Part shown: positions 1 through 9,542 of the stretch, one piece after another | Layout of the letters: each line of letters opens with the position of its first letter | How positions within the stretch are numbered: position 1 is the stretch's first letter | Source: Candidatus Saccharimonadales bacterium | Lineage (GTDB): Bacteria; Patescibacteriota; Saccharimonadia; Saccharimonadales; UBA4665 | DNA: 64,000 nt | NCBI GenBank assembly: GCA_035510715.1 | Contig: DATKGQ010000019.1 | Span: forward strand, 15,153 to 79,152 | Direction of reading: 5' to 3' | The notes under the pieces: model-generated | What the model was told of the DNA's origin: nothing | The model's input: only the letters and a program-made list of their open reading frames with translations | The model's database searches: none | Position numbers and translations under genes: made by a program

Positions 1-159
1 TTTCATGGCTGCCTTAGCGACGGTCTTAAGCGTTTGATAACCTTGCCGGTGGCCTTCTTCAATGCTTAGGCCATGGGCCCTGGCCCAGCGGCGGTTGCCG
101 TCGAGAATTAGACCGATATGGACTGGAAGAACTAATGCTTCTGCTTCTTTTGTAGACAT
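1..159 (-). CDS. uppS: Undecaprenyl diphosphate synthase (cis-prenyltransferase), N-terminal part, runs off left edge
   Basis: Not in ORF track (partial). Reverse translation from ATG at 157-159 gives MSTKEAEALVLPVHIGLILDGNRRWARAHGLSIEEGHRQGYQTLKTVAKAAMK. DGNRRWA is the hallmark motif of UppS-type cis-prenyltransferases. Confidence 0.8.
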   Translation of the reverse strand, partial: MSTKEAEALVLPVHIGLILDGNRRWARAHGLSIEEGHRQGYQTLKTVAKAAMK

Positions 160-191
160 AGTGTAAGTATTATAGCTTAATTCTTATCAGA

Positions 192-749
192 TTACGTATC
201 TTTTAATTTTTTATCCATGGTTAATCTCCAGATTGAACAGTTGGTTACCTTTTGGGCGGTGGTCGGCTTGACGTCCTTATCCAGCAGTAGACGGGTTATC
301 CGGATCGGGCCGCCATGGGTAACCAGTAGCACCGTACCGTCCGGATAGGAGGCGTACAGCTGGTTTAAGAAGCTAATCAGTCTGGAACGCACCTGAGAGT
401 ACGATTCGCCGCCAGGCAGCCTGAAATGCAGCACAAAGCTGATTTTCGGTACCAGTTTAATGAACCGGCCCAGCGGCAGGCCCTGAAGCCGGCCGTAACT
501 GAATTCACGCAGGTCCGGGGTAAGTGTAAACGGAACTTTTTTGTATAATTTTTTCAGCGGCTTGGCCGTATCAATACAGCGCTGTAAGTCCGAACAGAAG
601 ATCGCGTCAAGCGGCTCACCAGCCAAGGTTTTAGCGGCTTCCGCCACCTGGCGTTTGCCAAGTTCGGAGAGCTGTCCGGGACGCTGGCCCTGAATGATAC
701 CAAGCCGGTTTTCCTCAGTTTCAGCATGCCGGATAAGAATAAGTCGCAT
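192..749 (-). CDS. Histidine phosphatase family protein (phosphoglycerate mutase-like)
   Basis: N-terminus MRLILIRHAETEEN carries the RHG/RHAET catalytic motif. THGG near the C-terminus matches the second catalytic His region. 185 aa. Confidence 0.75.
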   Translation of the reverse strand: MRLILIRHAETEENRLGIIQGQRPGQLSELGKRQVAEAAKTLAGEPLDAIFCSDLQRCIDTAKPLKKLYKKVPFTLTPDLREFSYGRLQGLPLGRFIKLVPKISFVLHFRLPGGESYSQVRSRLISFLNQLYASYPDGTVLLVTHGGPIRITRLLLDKDVKPTTAQKVTNCSIWRLTMDKKLKDT

Positions 750-1075
750 AGTAGAAGTTTATCAGATTACCCGCTTAGCTTCCTAACACCTAAGTTAGGT
801 AATTATACCGGCAATGCAGGTATTGGCAATTAGGGCGGTTCGGCTTCTATCCTAACCACAAACCGGCTATGCTTCAAGTTAAATTACACAGATAGATAAT
901 AAACAAATGAGTAGAGAATCAGCAGTCGGCTTTAGCCCTGATCAAGGAATACCCACAGACGAAGTTAATTGATATTAAACAGTCTGCTTGCCATTGCTGG
1001 ATAATCTCTATCCGCCCGTTAACTTTACATTCAATTTGCGGCTTGTTATTATCAACATAGGGATAAGCATTAATA

Positions 1076-1915
1076 ATGCAAACTGAAACACAAACAAGTG
1101 CCGAAATACCGACCGCCACTAAACGTAAGTTGCCCTTAGGTTTTAAGTTATTAACTATTTTTCTATCGGTTATTGTCATCGGGCTGGTACTGGTCATGGT
1201 ACTTGTCTGGAAGCCATGGCAGTCAAACATTAAAGCTTCGGACAGAGTGATTACAGTTAACGGTGAAGCAACCCTTACTGCAACTCCGGACGAATATGTA
1301 TTTACGCCAACTTATGATTTTACGGATGCTGACCAGCAAACTGCGCTGTCACAATTAACGACTATGAGCAATCAGCTTGTCAGCAAGTTAGAAGCCCTGG
1401 GCGTAGCGTCTAAAGATATCCAGACCAGCTCAAATGGTTATAGTTCGGGTGGTTATTTACCGATATCACCAGTACCAGTCTCCCAAGACAACGGCCAATA
1501 TACCTATGAGCTGGACCCGACAATCACCATCGATGACAATGCTAATCTGGCCCAGAAAGTCCAGAACTATCTGGTTACGACCAACCCGACTGGCGACGTC
1601 AGCCCGTCAGTGGATTTTAGCACTGCTATGCAAAACAGTCTGGCCGATAAAGCCCGGGGCCAGGCTGAACAAAATGCCAGGGCCAACGCTGAACAATCCG
1701 CCAAGAATTTAGGATTTAAAATTGCGGCTGTAAAAACCGTGGTTGACGGCGGCCTGAACAGCAACAATTACCCGACGCCCTGCAGTGGCTCGTCGGGTGG
1801 TATTTGTGCCGGTTCAAACATGGATTTAAACTCCAGTTCCAGCTCTAGCCTGGACCTCCAGCCCGGCCAGAACCAGCTTTATTATTCTGTTCAAGTCCAA
1901 TATTATATAAATTAA
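1076..1915 (+). CDS. SIMPL/DUF541-like membrane-anchored protein
   Basis: N-terminal TM segment (LLTIFLSVIVIGLVLVMVLVW). The following ITVNGEATLTATPDEYVF and the C-terminal LQPGQNQLYYSVQVQYYI resemble the start and end strands of SIMPL domains. Confidence 0.55.
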   Translation: MQTETQTSAEIPTATKRKLPLGFKLLTIFLSVIVIGLVLVMVLVWKPWQSNIKASDRVITVNGEATLTATPDEYVFTPTYDFTDADQQTALSQLTTMSNQLVSKLEALGVASKDIQTSSNGYSSGGYLPISPVPVSQDNGQYTYELDPTITIDDNANLAQKVQNYLVTTNPTGDVSPSVDFSTAMQNSLADKARGQAEQNARANAEQSAKNLGFKIAAVKTVVDGGLNSNNYPTPCSGSSGGICAGSNMDLNSSSSSSLDLQPGQNQLYYSVQVQYYIN

Positions 1916-2020
1916 GTCTTAAGTATTACTTGTCAAATAGCTATAGACACCCAATTCCCATAAATGAAACTATCAGTACAAAAGAATCATCAGTCTTGCA
2001 CTATTTATAATTAGCGGAGC

Positions 2021-2293
2021 TCAATAATCTTTGTCGCTAACCAGCTCGAAGTCTTCAACCTCGTAAGTATTCCCGTCAATTAGACTAAACAGTTTGCTAA
2101 ACTCCGGACTCTTATGAAACATTACCCGCTTTTCAATCATCTGGTCATGAGAATCCCAAAACATCAAGATAACAAATCGTCTTTGATCCGGATTATAAGT
2201 AATAGTAACGCGCTTGATACCCTTAATAAGTTCGCTTGAATTAACTATTTCTTGGAGGGCGGCCATTACGGCATCTTTCTCAACTCCGTCCAA
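2021..2293 (-). CDS. Hypothetical small protein, possibly ABM/dimeric alpha-beta-barrel-like
   Basis: 90-aa ORF in an AT-richer islet. The codon at 2293 is TTG and an ATG alternative lies at 2266. FWDSHDQMIEKRVMFHKSPEF weakly resembles ABM-domain motifs. Confidence 0.4.
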   Translation of the reverse strand: MDGVEKDAVMAALQEIVNSSELIKGIKRVTITYNPDQRRFVILMFWDSHDQMIEKRVMFHKSPEFSKLFSLIDGNTYEVEDFELVSDKDY

Positions 2294-2296
2294 TAA

Positions 2297-3355
2297 ATGG
2301 ATATGGGCGATCTACCAGAAAGCGAACGAGCTGGTCAATATTTAGTTCAACAAGGTGAGGAATTATATGGTTTACCTGAACCAGCTATCTTTAACAACAT
2401 GATAAATAATCTAAGGGACAAAGTTGTAAATTATCAAGGGACAGATGATACTGCTCTAACTATTAAGCAAGAATTGCTAGGTTTGTTGCCGGAAGATTTG
2501 CCTAGTACCGACAATACCCAAACCATTGATTATGCCGAGCTAATCAATTATTATCGACCACTTATCGAAGTCTATTTTGCTGGTTTATTGGCGGTCGTTC
2601 CAGACGACAAAGATAGATTTGAGCCCGAAGATATGGTGCAGGTCTTTGCTGCAGGTATTAGATATTATGAATCGATTGGACTTGTTGAGCCCGGTAAATG
2701 GGATTCGGAAATTAATCCTGATTCGAAATCAATCGCTACTAACCAAGAAAGATGTCGGATTGAAGTTGGGGCAAAGCGCAAATCAATGTCCAATATGGAG
2801 ATGAAACAGAGTTTATTACACGAAGATGGAATCCATCTTTTAAGGCGTCTCTTGGGAGATAAAGCTAGTTTTGCTGCTATGGGAACGGGTCTCGTCGGGT
2901 ATGAAGACCCCGAAGAAGGTATTTGTGTAGTAGTGGAGCAAATATATGAAGGTCAACCCCGAGATGCCGGCGTCCAATATTACACTTTATTAGGACTGGC
3001 CAGCGGTCTTGATGGGAAAAAACGAGATTTCAGGGAGACATATGAAATCGCCTGGCGACGGGAAGCCATGCTTAAATTAGTCGAGAACAATCAGGAACTA
3101 AGTGAAAAAGTCATATCTAAAGTAAAGAAGCAGGCATATATACAGTGTGTTCGTATCTTTCGTGGTACACCATGCAATTTACCAGGCGTGGTTTTCCCTA
3201 AAGATATATTTTATTTTGATGGCAATGAAAAAATCTGGCGTTATTTTGATGAAATTAAGGGTGATGAAGCAACTTTTAAAAAACTGTTTGTAGGCAAATA
3301 TAACCCAACCGATCCAGAACATCAAAAGTTAGTTGAAGCTGCAACCTGGTCGTAG
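2297..3355 (+). CDS. Putative atypical zinc metallopeptidase, DUF1704/MATCAP-like (HExxxH)
   Basis: 352-aa ORF with an ATG start. It has HEDGIH (aa 175-180, nt 2819-2836) followed about 26 aa later by PEEGICVVVEQ, which resembles the QEGLA motif of the DUF1704 family. No signal peptide or TM segment. Confidence 0.5.
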   Translation: MDMGDLPESERAGQYLVQQGEELYGLPEPAIFNNMINNLRDKVVNYQGTDDTALTIKQELLGLLPEDLPSTDNTQTIDYAELINYYRPLIEVYFAGLLAVVPDDKDRFEPEDMVQVFAAGIRYYESIGLVEPGKWDSEINPDSKSIATNQERCRIEVGAKRKSMSNMEMKQSLLHEDGIHLLRRLLGDKASFAAMGTGLVGYEDPEEGICVVVEQIYEGQPRDAGVQYYTLLGLASGLDGKKRDFRETYEIAWRREAMLKLVENNQELSEKVISKVKKQAYIQCVRIFRGTPCNLPGVVFPKDIFYFDGNEKIWRYFDEIKGDEATFKKLFVGKYNPTDPEHQKLVEAATWS

Positions 3356-3470
3356 TAATTTACTTGGAACTGGAATCCAAGACGCAAATATTGATTCTTT
3401 TAATATAATATGTTACTGTATTATTTATTATGTATTGTAAACCAGTTAAGAATAAGTTTAACTAAAAGCT

Positions 3471-5303
3471 ATGTGCGGAATAGTCGGTTATATTGGTAAA
3501 CGCCCGGCCGTCGGGATTATTATTGATGGCCTTAAAGATCTTGAATACAGGGGTTACGATTCAGCCGGGATAGCCCTGCTGGATAACAAAAACCAAGCCG
3601 GTTTTGTTATCAAACAGGCCGGACGAGTAGAAGGACTGGAAAAACTGATACTCGACAGCCAGGTCCCGGCCTCTTCTGTCGGCGTTGGCCATACCCGTTG
3701 GGCAACCCACGGGCTGCCGACAACAATTAACGCCCATCCCCAATTTAATACCGCCAAAACTATTTTTGTCGTCCATAACGGCATAATTGAAAATTATTTG
3801 GAATTAAAATCGTTCCTGATAACAAAAAAATATAAATTCATCAGCCAAACCGATACCGAAGTAGTACCCCAGCTGATAGATTATTACTACCGCAAGACCA
3901 AATCACTCGATAGAGCCTTCGAAGAAACTATTAAAAGCATCAAGGGGGCCTATGCCATTGTAATGGCAAGCACTTACCAACCAGATAAACTCTATGTCGC
4001 CAAGTTATCCAGCCCGCTGGTTATCGGTGTCGGCAAGAATGAATACATTATCGCGTCCGACCCGACCCCGATAATGCAGTACACCAAGGAAGTAGTCTAT
4101 CTTGAAGACTTCGAAATTGCGGTAATTGACCGCCATGGTTACCGGATTAAACACATCGAGAAAGATATTAATGTTGAAAGAAAAGCTGAACTGCTTGATC
4201 TTGATGTTAGCAAAGCCAGTATGGGTGATTTTCCGACCTATATGTTAAAAGAAATATTTGAAGCGCCCCAAACGATCATGTCAGCCACCCTCGGACGGGT
4301 CCGGCTGGAAACCAATACCGTTAAATTAGGCGGCCTGGAATCGGTCGAGGGACAGCTGAAATTTATTGACCGGATTGTGATTGTGGCCTGTGGCACTTCG
4401 TCCTATGCCGGACTGCTCGGCGAGTATCTGATTGAAGAGATAGCCGGCATACCGGTTGAGGTTCAATTGAGTTCGGAATTTAAATACCGCCATGAGCCAT
4501 TTTCGAGAAGTACCGCCCTGATTGCCATATCCCAATCTGGCGAGACAGCTGATACTATTGCTGCATTAAAAAAAGTTGATGATTATGGCGTGCTTAAACT
4601 GGGAATAGTCAACGTCGTGGGATCGACTATTGCCAGAATGACTGATGCCGGCGTCTATACCCATGCCGGGCCAGAGTATGCCGTGGCCTCTACCAAAGCT
4701 TTCATCGCCCAGGTAGTAGTGCTGATCCAAATCGCTCTTATGCTGGCCGGCCCTAACAAATTGTACAGACCGCTGCTCAAAGAGTTAATTGAGCTTCCCA
4801 ATAAGGTCCAGTTAGTACTCGACCAAGCTCCAAAAATTGAGCAAATTGCCAAAAAATATGTTAACTACCGGGATTTTATTTTCATCGGACGCAATTATGA
4901 TTATCCGGCCGCGCTGGAAGGAGCGCTTAAACTTAAGGAAATTTCTTATATCCACGCCGAAGGCTACGCCGCCGGTGAGATGAAACATGGCCCGATTGCT
5001 ATGATAGACAAGGACTTTCCGACTTTTGCCCTGGCCTGCGATTCCCCGCTGATAGATAAAACCTATTCCAATATTGAGGAAATTAAAGCCCGTGGCGGTC
5101 CGGTAGTAGCAATCGCCAATAAGGGCAATACAACCATTAAGAAGTTAGCCAATGATATTATCTACGTTCCAAAATCCCTGGAACAAACTCAGGCTATTTT
5201 AGAAGTTATTGCTATGCAATTGTTTGCTTATTACATTGCCAGCCAAAAAGGTCTTAACGTCGACAAGCCACGTAATCTGGCCAAGTCGGTGACCGTCGAA
5301 TAA
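3471..5303 (+). CDS. glmS: Glutamine--fructose-6-phosphate aminotransferase
   Basis: MCGIVGYIG N-terminal nucleophile Cys, tandem SIS domains, C-terminal KSVTVE. 610 aa, full length. Confidence 0.97.
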   Translation: MCGIVGYIGKRPAVGIIIDGLKDLEYRGYDSAGIALLDNKNQAGFVIKQAGRVEGLEKLILDSQVPASSVGVGHTRWATHGLPTTINAHPQFNTAKTIFVVHNGIIENYLELKSFLITKKYKFISQTDTEVVPQLIDYYYRKTKSLDRAFEETIKSIKGAYAIVMASTYQPDKLYVAKLSSPLVIGVGKNEYIIASDPTPIMQYTKEVVYLEDFEIAVIDRHGYRIKHIEKDINVERKAELLDLDVSKASMGDFPTYMLKEIFEAPQTIMSATLGRVRLETNTVKLGGLESVEGQLKFIDRIVIVACGTSSYAGLLGEYLIEEIAGIPVEVQLSSEFKYRHEPFSRSTALIAISQSGETADTIAALKKVDDYGVLKLGIVNVVGSTIARMTDAGVYTHAGPEYAVASTKAFIAQVVVLIQIALMLAGPNKLYRPLLKELIELPNKVQLVLDQAPKIEQIAKKYVNYRDFIFIGRNYDYPAALEGALKLKEISYIHAEGYAAGEMKHGPIAMIDKDFPTFALACDSPLIDKTYSNIEEIKARGGPVVAIANKGNTTIKKLANDIIYVPKSLEQTQAILEVIAMQLFAYYIASQKGLNVDKPRNLAKSVTVE

Positions 5304-5353
5304 TTAGCTGTTATCTAGGGTAAAAATTTAACGGAAAGTGTATACTTTCGATT

Positions 5354-6184
5354 ATGAACCCATCGAATCCGAACCCGTCCGGGAACATCAACCCCTCCCA
5401 ACCGGCTGACCGGGGAGCACCAGGCGCCTTGCACCCCTCAGATTATTATCATCACCAGAAAACCAATCACGGCAAAAGATTGATCGGTATTGTCGCTGGA
5501 TTGATAATTATTGTCTTATGCGGCGTGATCGTTGCCGGCTATGAGCACTACCACAAGAAAACGGCTACCGGACCGCCGGTTGTTTCATCGCTGCCCGCAA
5601 CCACTAAGATCGGTTTGCCGGCTGCCACCCAGCAATACAGTTCAACTAATCTCGGCCTCAGCTTTAACTACCCGCCAGGCTGGAAAATAACGGATACGGC
5701 TGGTACTAACGTATTGACCCTCCAATCTCCGTCTGAGGAATTGCTGACAACCCCCAACCAGCTGGTAAAAGGGAAAATCACGATGACGATTCAGAACCAG
5801 GCACCAGCAGTAATTGCCGGCTATCAAAGCGGCAACGCCTCAGCCGCTCTGGAATCGCAGCTGATCACCTACACCAACCCGACGGCCGGCCAGCGCGCTT
5901 CAACTTATATCAGTTTCCTACACTACGCCACTTCTACGTCTACGCCGGCCAGCAATATTGACGCCATTTACATTACCGGCAATTCCGGCTATCAGCTGAG
6001 CCAGTATATCCCGCTGGCTGATATCCAAGCAGTCAGTCCGGTAGTCGGTATTACTTTCAACCGCTGCGCCAATACCGCCTGCTTGACGAGCGGTCCGGCC
6101 AGCAGCATTACCAGCTCGTCCTGGAACACGACCAGTTTTTCAGGGACACTGCTGACACTGTTAAAATCATTATCGATTGATTAA
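5354..6184 (+). CDS. Membrane-anchored hypothetical protein (Pro-rich N-terminus, one TM, extracellular domain)
   Basis: 276-aa ORF. TM segment LIGIVAGLIIIVLCGVIVAGY. S/T-rich ectodomain. 8-nt overlap with the zwf start. Confidence 0.55.
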   Translation: MNPSNPNPSGNINPSQPADRGAPGALHPSDYYHHQKTNHGKRLIGIVAGLIIIVLCGVIVAGYEHYHKKTATGPPVVSSLPATTKIGLPAATQQYSSTNLGLSFNYPPGWKITDTAGTNVLTLQSPSEELLTTPNQLVKGKITMTIQNQAPAVIAGYQSGNASAALESQLITYTNPTAGQRASTYISFLHYATSTSTPASNIDAIYITGNSGYQLSQYIPLADIQAVSPVVGITFNRCANTACLTSGPASSITSSSWNTTSFSGTLLTLLKSLSID

Positions 6185-7574
6185 AAAATTGATGACCCCA
6201 ATTCCCAAACAATCGCCAACTTTGCTGGTTATTATCGGCATTACCGGCGATCTGGCCACCAGGAAAATATTACCGGCGCTGGACAAACTGGCTACCCGCC
6301 AGGCCTTGCCCGAAGATTTTCAGGTCATCGGTATCAGCCGCCAGGCGGTTAGCGTTAAACAGCTACTGGCCAAATTACCACCTCACCGCGCCGCTGTGAT
6401 AAGAAAACACGGCTGGCTGGATAAACATATTTCAATGTTCCAGATGGACTTAAGCCAAAACAGGGAATACGGCCGGTTGGCGGACTATCTGCAAGCTAAG
6501 AGTAAAACTTTCTCCGCCAAAGCCCAGATCCTATTTTATTTGTCAGTGCCGCCCCAAGTCTCACAACCGATTGTCGAACAATTAGGCCTCTCCGGCCTGG
6601 CACAGCCAGCTTCAACCAAACTGCTGCTCGAGAAACCGTTCGGGACTGACCTGATTTCAGCTCAAGATTTCATTAAACAACTGAACCGTCATTTTTCTGA
6701 AGCCCAGACCTACCGGATCGATCATTACCTGGCTAAAGAAATGGCCCAGAATCTGATTGTTTTCCGTAACGAGAATTCCCTATTCAAACGGACCTGGAAC
6801 AAGACTTTTATCGAAAAGATCGAGTTATCGGTGCTAGAGGATTTCGGCATTGAATCCCGGGTTAACTTCTATGAACAAACCGGCGCCCTGCGTGACGTAG
6901 TCCAAGGCCATCTGCTGCAGTTAACTGCCTTGACGCTAATGAGTCTGCCACCGCGCGGCCGTTGGCAGGCGGTACCGGCGCACCGTTTGCAAGCCCTAAA
7001 ACAACTCTCCTTGTTCGGGACCGGCTCTTCGGCCTATGAAGTTATCCGCGGGCAGTATCAGGATTACCGATCGGAAGTAAACAATCAAAAGTCCATCACC
7101 GAAACTTTCGTATCGCTTAAACTGCACTCGGCCGATCCGGTCTGGGCCGGCGTACCGATTATCCTGACTGCCGGTAAGGCGCTTGATGAGACCAAGTCGG
7201 AAATTACCATTCACTACCGTAAGACCCAGGAAGATGAAGCCGACCGGCTTATTTTACGGATCCAACCTGATGAAGGCATTGAGGTCCAGCTTTGGTCAAA
7301 ACGGCCGGGTTATGACCGCGAACTGGAGAAGGTTGATTTGTCCTTTGCTTATGAAGAGCGCCGCCATGAACTGGCCGATGCTTACGAACGGGTACTGCTT
7401 GACGCGTTCCACTCCGATCACAGTTTATTTGCCTCCAGCGCTGAAGTTGAGGCATCATGGCAAATATTACAACCATTGCAATCGTCCTGGGAAATGAGCG
7501 ACTCTCAAGATCTGCGCTTCTATGAATCAGGCAGCCGGCCAGATGAAATTATTCACAACGATGACAATTTGTGA
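6177..7574 (+). CDS. zwf: Glucose-6-phosphate dehydrogenase
   Basis: GITGDLATRKILPAL NADP-binding motif, EKPFG, RIDHYLAKE active-site motif. 465 aa. Confidence 0.93.
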   Translation: MIKKLMTPIPKQSPTLLVIIGITGDLATRKILPALDKLATRQALPEDFQVIGISRQAVSVKQLLAKLPPHRAAVIRKHGWLDKHISMFQMDLSQNREYGRLADYLQAKSKTFSAKAQILFYLSVPPQVSQPIVEQLGLSGLAQPASTKLLLEKPFGTDLISAQDFIKQLNRHFSEAQTYRIDHYLAKEMAQNLIVFRNENSLFKRTWNKTFIEKIELSVLEDFGIESRVNFYEQTGALRDVVQGHLLQLTALTLMSLPPRGRWQAVPAHRLQALKQLSLFGTGSSAYEVIRGQYQDYRSEVNNQKSITETFVSLKLHSADPVWAGVPIILTAGKALDETKSEITIHYRKTQEDEADRLILRIQPDEGIEVQLWSKRPGYDRELEKVDLSFAYEERRHELADAYERVLLDAFHSDHSLFASSAEVEASWQILQPLQSSWEMSDSQDLRFYESGSRPDEIIHNDDNL

Positions 7575-7684
7575 CATATCACACCAACTTCGTGTATGAA
7601 TTGTTACATCCAAGTTAGTGTTTATGCTATTTAATGGTGTCACTGCTACGTTATGAGCCCGAATCATTTTTAGGCACTAGCACA

Positions 7685-7708
7685 AAGCCCCTGACTAAGG
7701 GGCTTTTT
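7685..7708 (+). terminator. Rho-independent terminator downstream of zwf
   Basis: AAGCCCC-TGACTAA-GGGGCTT hairpin (7 bp, GC-rich core) running into TTTTT. Confidence 0.6.
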
Positions 7709-7732
7709 AAATATATCTGCTATAGTTGAAAC

Positions 7733-8128
7733 ATGACTAACGTACCGCGGGACGTAATTGAACAGATTATCAATCAGGCTATCAATAATTTACCCGAAGC
7801 CTACATTGACCGCCTACAGAATGTAGCCTTTATTGTTGAAGACGAACCGACTCCGCACCAGCGGGAATTACTTAGACTGCGCTCCGACCAGACGCTTTTC
7901 GGACTTTACGAAGGCATACCGCTCAGTAAGCGGCACGGAGCAATGAAATTATTACCGGATAAAATTACCATTTTTCAAAAACCGCTGGAATCGGCCAGCA
8001 GCAATATAAACGAATTATCTGACAGGATCAGCCGGACAGTCTGGCATGAAGTCGCCCATTACTATGGCCTGGACCATGACCAGATCCGCGTGCTGGAAGC
8101 CAAAGAACGCGGCGAGCAAGGTCCCTAG
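7733..8128 (+). CDS. Metallopeptidase family protein (zincin-like, DUF1025 type)
   Basis: 131 aa with WHEVAHYYGLDHD (HExxH plus a downstream His/Asp), typical of this small cytosolic family. Confidence 0.7.
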   Translation: MTNVPRDVIEQIINQAINNLPEAYIDRLQNVAFIVEDEPTPHQRELLRLRSDQTLFGLYEGIPLSKRHGAMKLLPDKITIFQKPLESASSNINELSDRISRTVWHEVAHYYGLDHDQIRVLEAKERGEQGP

Positions 8129-8137
8129 CATTTTATA

Positions 8138-8458
8138 TCAGACCCTGGGCCAAATAATCCGCCCAACAATGTACTCCAGCGGCAACCAGCCGAAACTGCG
8201 GCTATCAATGCTGCGCCTGGCGTTGTCGCCAAGCAGATACAGTTGGCCTTTTCTTATATCTTTAACCCTTTTAATCTTGTCTAACCGTTCATGTTTAATC
8301 ACCACGATCTGACCAACTGACAGTTTAGTGAAGAGATTCGAAGCAATGATGAGCTGTCCCGGACGGAGTGCCGGCACCATTGAGTTGCCTTTTACCCGCC
8401 GGATAAACAATGGTTTAGAGTTTTTTAGTCTCCGTAAAAATATTTGCGATTTCATCAA
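8138..8458 (-). CDS. sodX: Nickel-SOD maturation protease (S26 signal-peptidase-like)
   Basis: VKGNSMVPALRPGQ (catalytic Ser motif), KIKRV (Lys), GDNARRSIDSRSFGWLP. Sits immediately downstream of sodN. The annotated start overlaps the sodN end by 44 nt, so the true start is uncertain. Confidence 0.8.
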   Translation of the reverse strand: MMKSQIFLRRLKNSKPLFIRRVKGNSMVPALRPGQLIIASNLFTKLSVGQIVVIKHERLDKIKRVKDIRKGQLYLLGDNARRSIDSRSFGWLPLEYIVGRIIWPRV

Positions 8459-8798
8459 TTTGATTTAACAACTGCTGCGCCACGCCAGTGTCGGTAGTTT
8501 TCTTGCAGGCACCGGCTTGTTTGGTAGCTTTCCAAAATAGATCGTGCAAATCCGGATACTTTTCCAGATGCTCAGGTTTGAAATAGTCTGTCCAAAGCAC
8601 CCAAAGATGTTGTTTGACTAATTCGGCCCGGTGTTCCTTGATAAGAATAGCCCGGGTTTTATCTTCCTCGCTTAAGCCCGGGTATTTTTCCATGATGGCG
8701 AATATACTCTGGGCCTCAATTCTGGCTTGGGCCGGGTCATAAACACCGCAGGGTAAATCGCAATGAGCATAGACCGGTTTAATAAAAGGTAGTTTCAT
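8415..8798 (-). CDS. sodN: Nickel-containing superoxide dismutase precursor
   Basis: MKLPFIKPVYA propeptide followed by HCDLPCGVYDPAQARIEAQ, the Ni-hook His-Cys-x-x-Pro-Cys-Gly-x-Tyr. 127 aa. Confidence 0.9.
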   Translation of the reverse strand: MKLPFIKPVYAHCDLPCGVYDPAQARIEAQSIFAIMEKYPGLSEEDKTRAILIKEHRAELVKQHLWVLWTDYFKPEHLEKYPDLHDLFWKATKQAGACKKTTDTGVAQQLLNQIDEIANIFTETKKL

Positions 8799-8830
8799 AT
8801 TTTATCCTTCTGCTTATGGTACTAATTATA

Positions 8831-9484
8831 CTATTTTTTAGCTTTTTTACTGTGTGACTGCCGCCAGGCATTAATCTCGGCATGGTTGCCGTTTAATAAT
8901 ACCTTCGGCACCCTTAATTTTCTAAACAGCGGCGGCCGGGTATACTGTGGGAACTCAAGCGTTTGGCCGTCAGCAAAACTTTCAATGACGGCGCTCTGCT
9001 CGCCGCCCAGGACGCCTGGCAGCAAACGGACCACACAATCAATCAGTACCATGGCCGGTATTTCGCCGCCGGTCACGATGTAATCACCAATTGAAAGCTG
9101 TTCATCAACCAGCTTAGTCACCCGTTCATCATAGCCTTCATAATGGGCGCAGACAATAATCATATCAGTGTTAGTTTGGGCAATGTCAGCGGCTTTGGCT
9201 TGGGCTAACCTTCCCCCGCGCGGCGTCATCAGAAATACCTTGGCCGAAGGCAGCTTGGCTTTGGCGGCTTCAATGGCCGCGAACAGCGGCTCCGGCTTCA
9301 ATAACATGCCGTCTCCGCCACCATAAGGGACATCATCAACCTGCCGGCGCCTACCAAGACCATAGTCACGTAAATTCAGATATTCAAGACTGATAATGCC
9401 CTTATCCTGGGCTTTTTTCAGCATGCTGATATTCAGCACATGATCGAACATCTCCGGGAACAAACTGATAACAATTATTTTCAT
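8831..9484 (-). CDS. trmD: tRNA (guanine37-N1)-methyltransferase
   Basis: MKIIVISLFPEMF, DDVPYGGGDGMLL, SIGDYIVTGGEIPAMVLID are TrmD (SPOUT knot) motifs. 217 aa. Confidence 0.92.
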   Translation of the reverse strand: MKIIVISLFPEMFDHVLNISMLKKAQDKGIISLEYLNLRDYGLGRRRQVDDVPYGGGDGMLLKPEPLFAAIEAAKAKLPSAKVFLMTPRGGRLAQAKAADIAQTNTDMIIVCAHYEGYDERVTKLVDEQLSIGDYIVTGGEIPAMVLIDCVVRLLPGVLGGEQSAVIESFADGQTLEFPQYTRPPLFRKLRVPKVLLNGNHAEINAWRQSHSKKAKK

Positions 9485-9515
9485 ATCAATAAAGTATAAG
9501 CGATGTTAGCGGTAT

Positions 9516-9542
9516 AAAAAAACCTCGGTACTTGCCAAGGTT
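9516..9542 (-). terminator. Candidate rho-independent terminator between the KH-protein gene and trmD
   Basis: Minus-strand RNA reads AACCUUGG-CAAGUA-CCGAGGUU followed by UUUUU (8 bp including one G-U). Confidence 0.5.

Noticed and set aside
919-1230. 103-aa minus-strand ORF overlapping the start of the SIMPL-like gene
   Set aside because: It overlaps a better-supported gene and lies mostly in the divergent promoter region. It has no motif and no RBS.
3356-3470. Possible glmS ribozyme upstream of glmS
   Set aside because: The leader is only 115 nt and very AT-rich. I could not find the conserved glmS ribozyme core or pseudoknot sequences.
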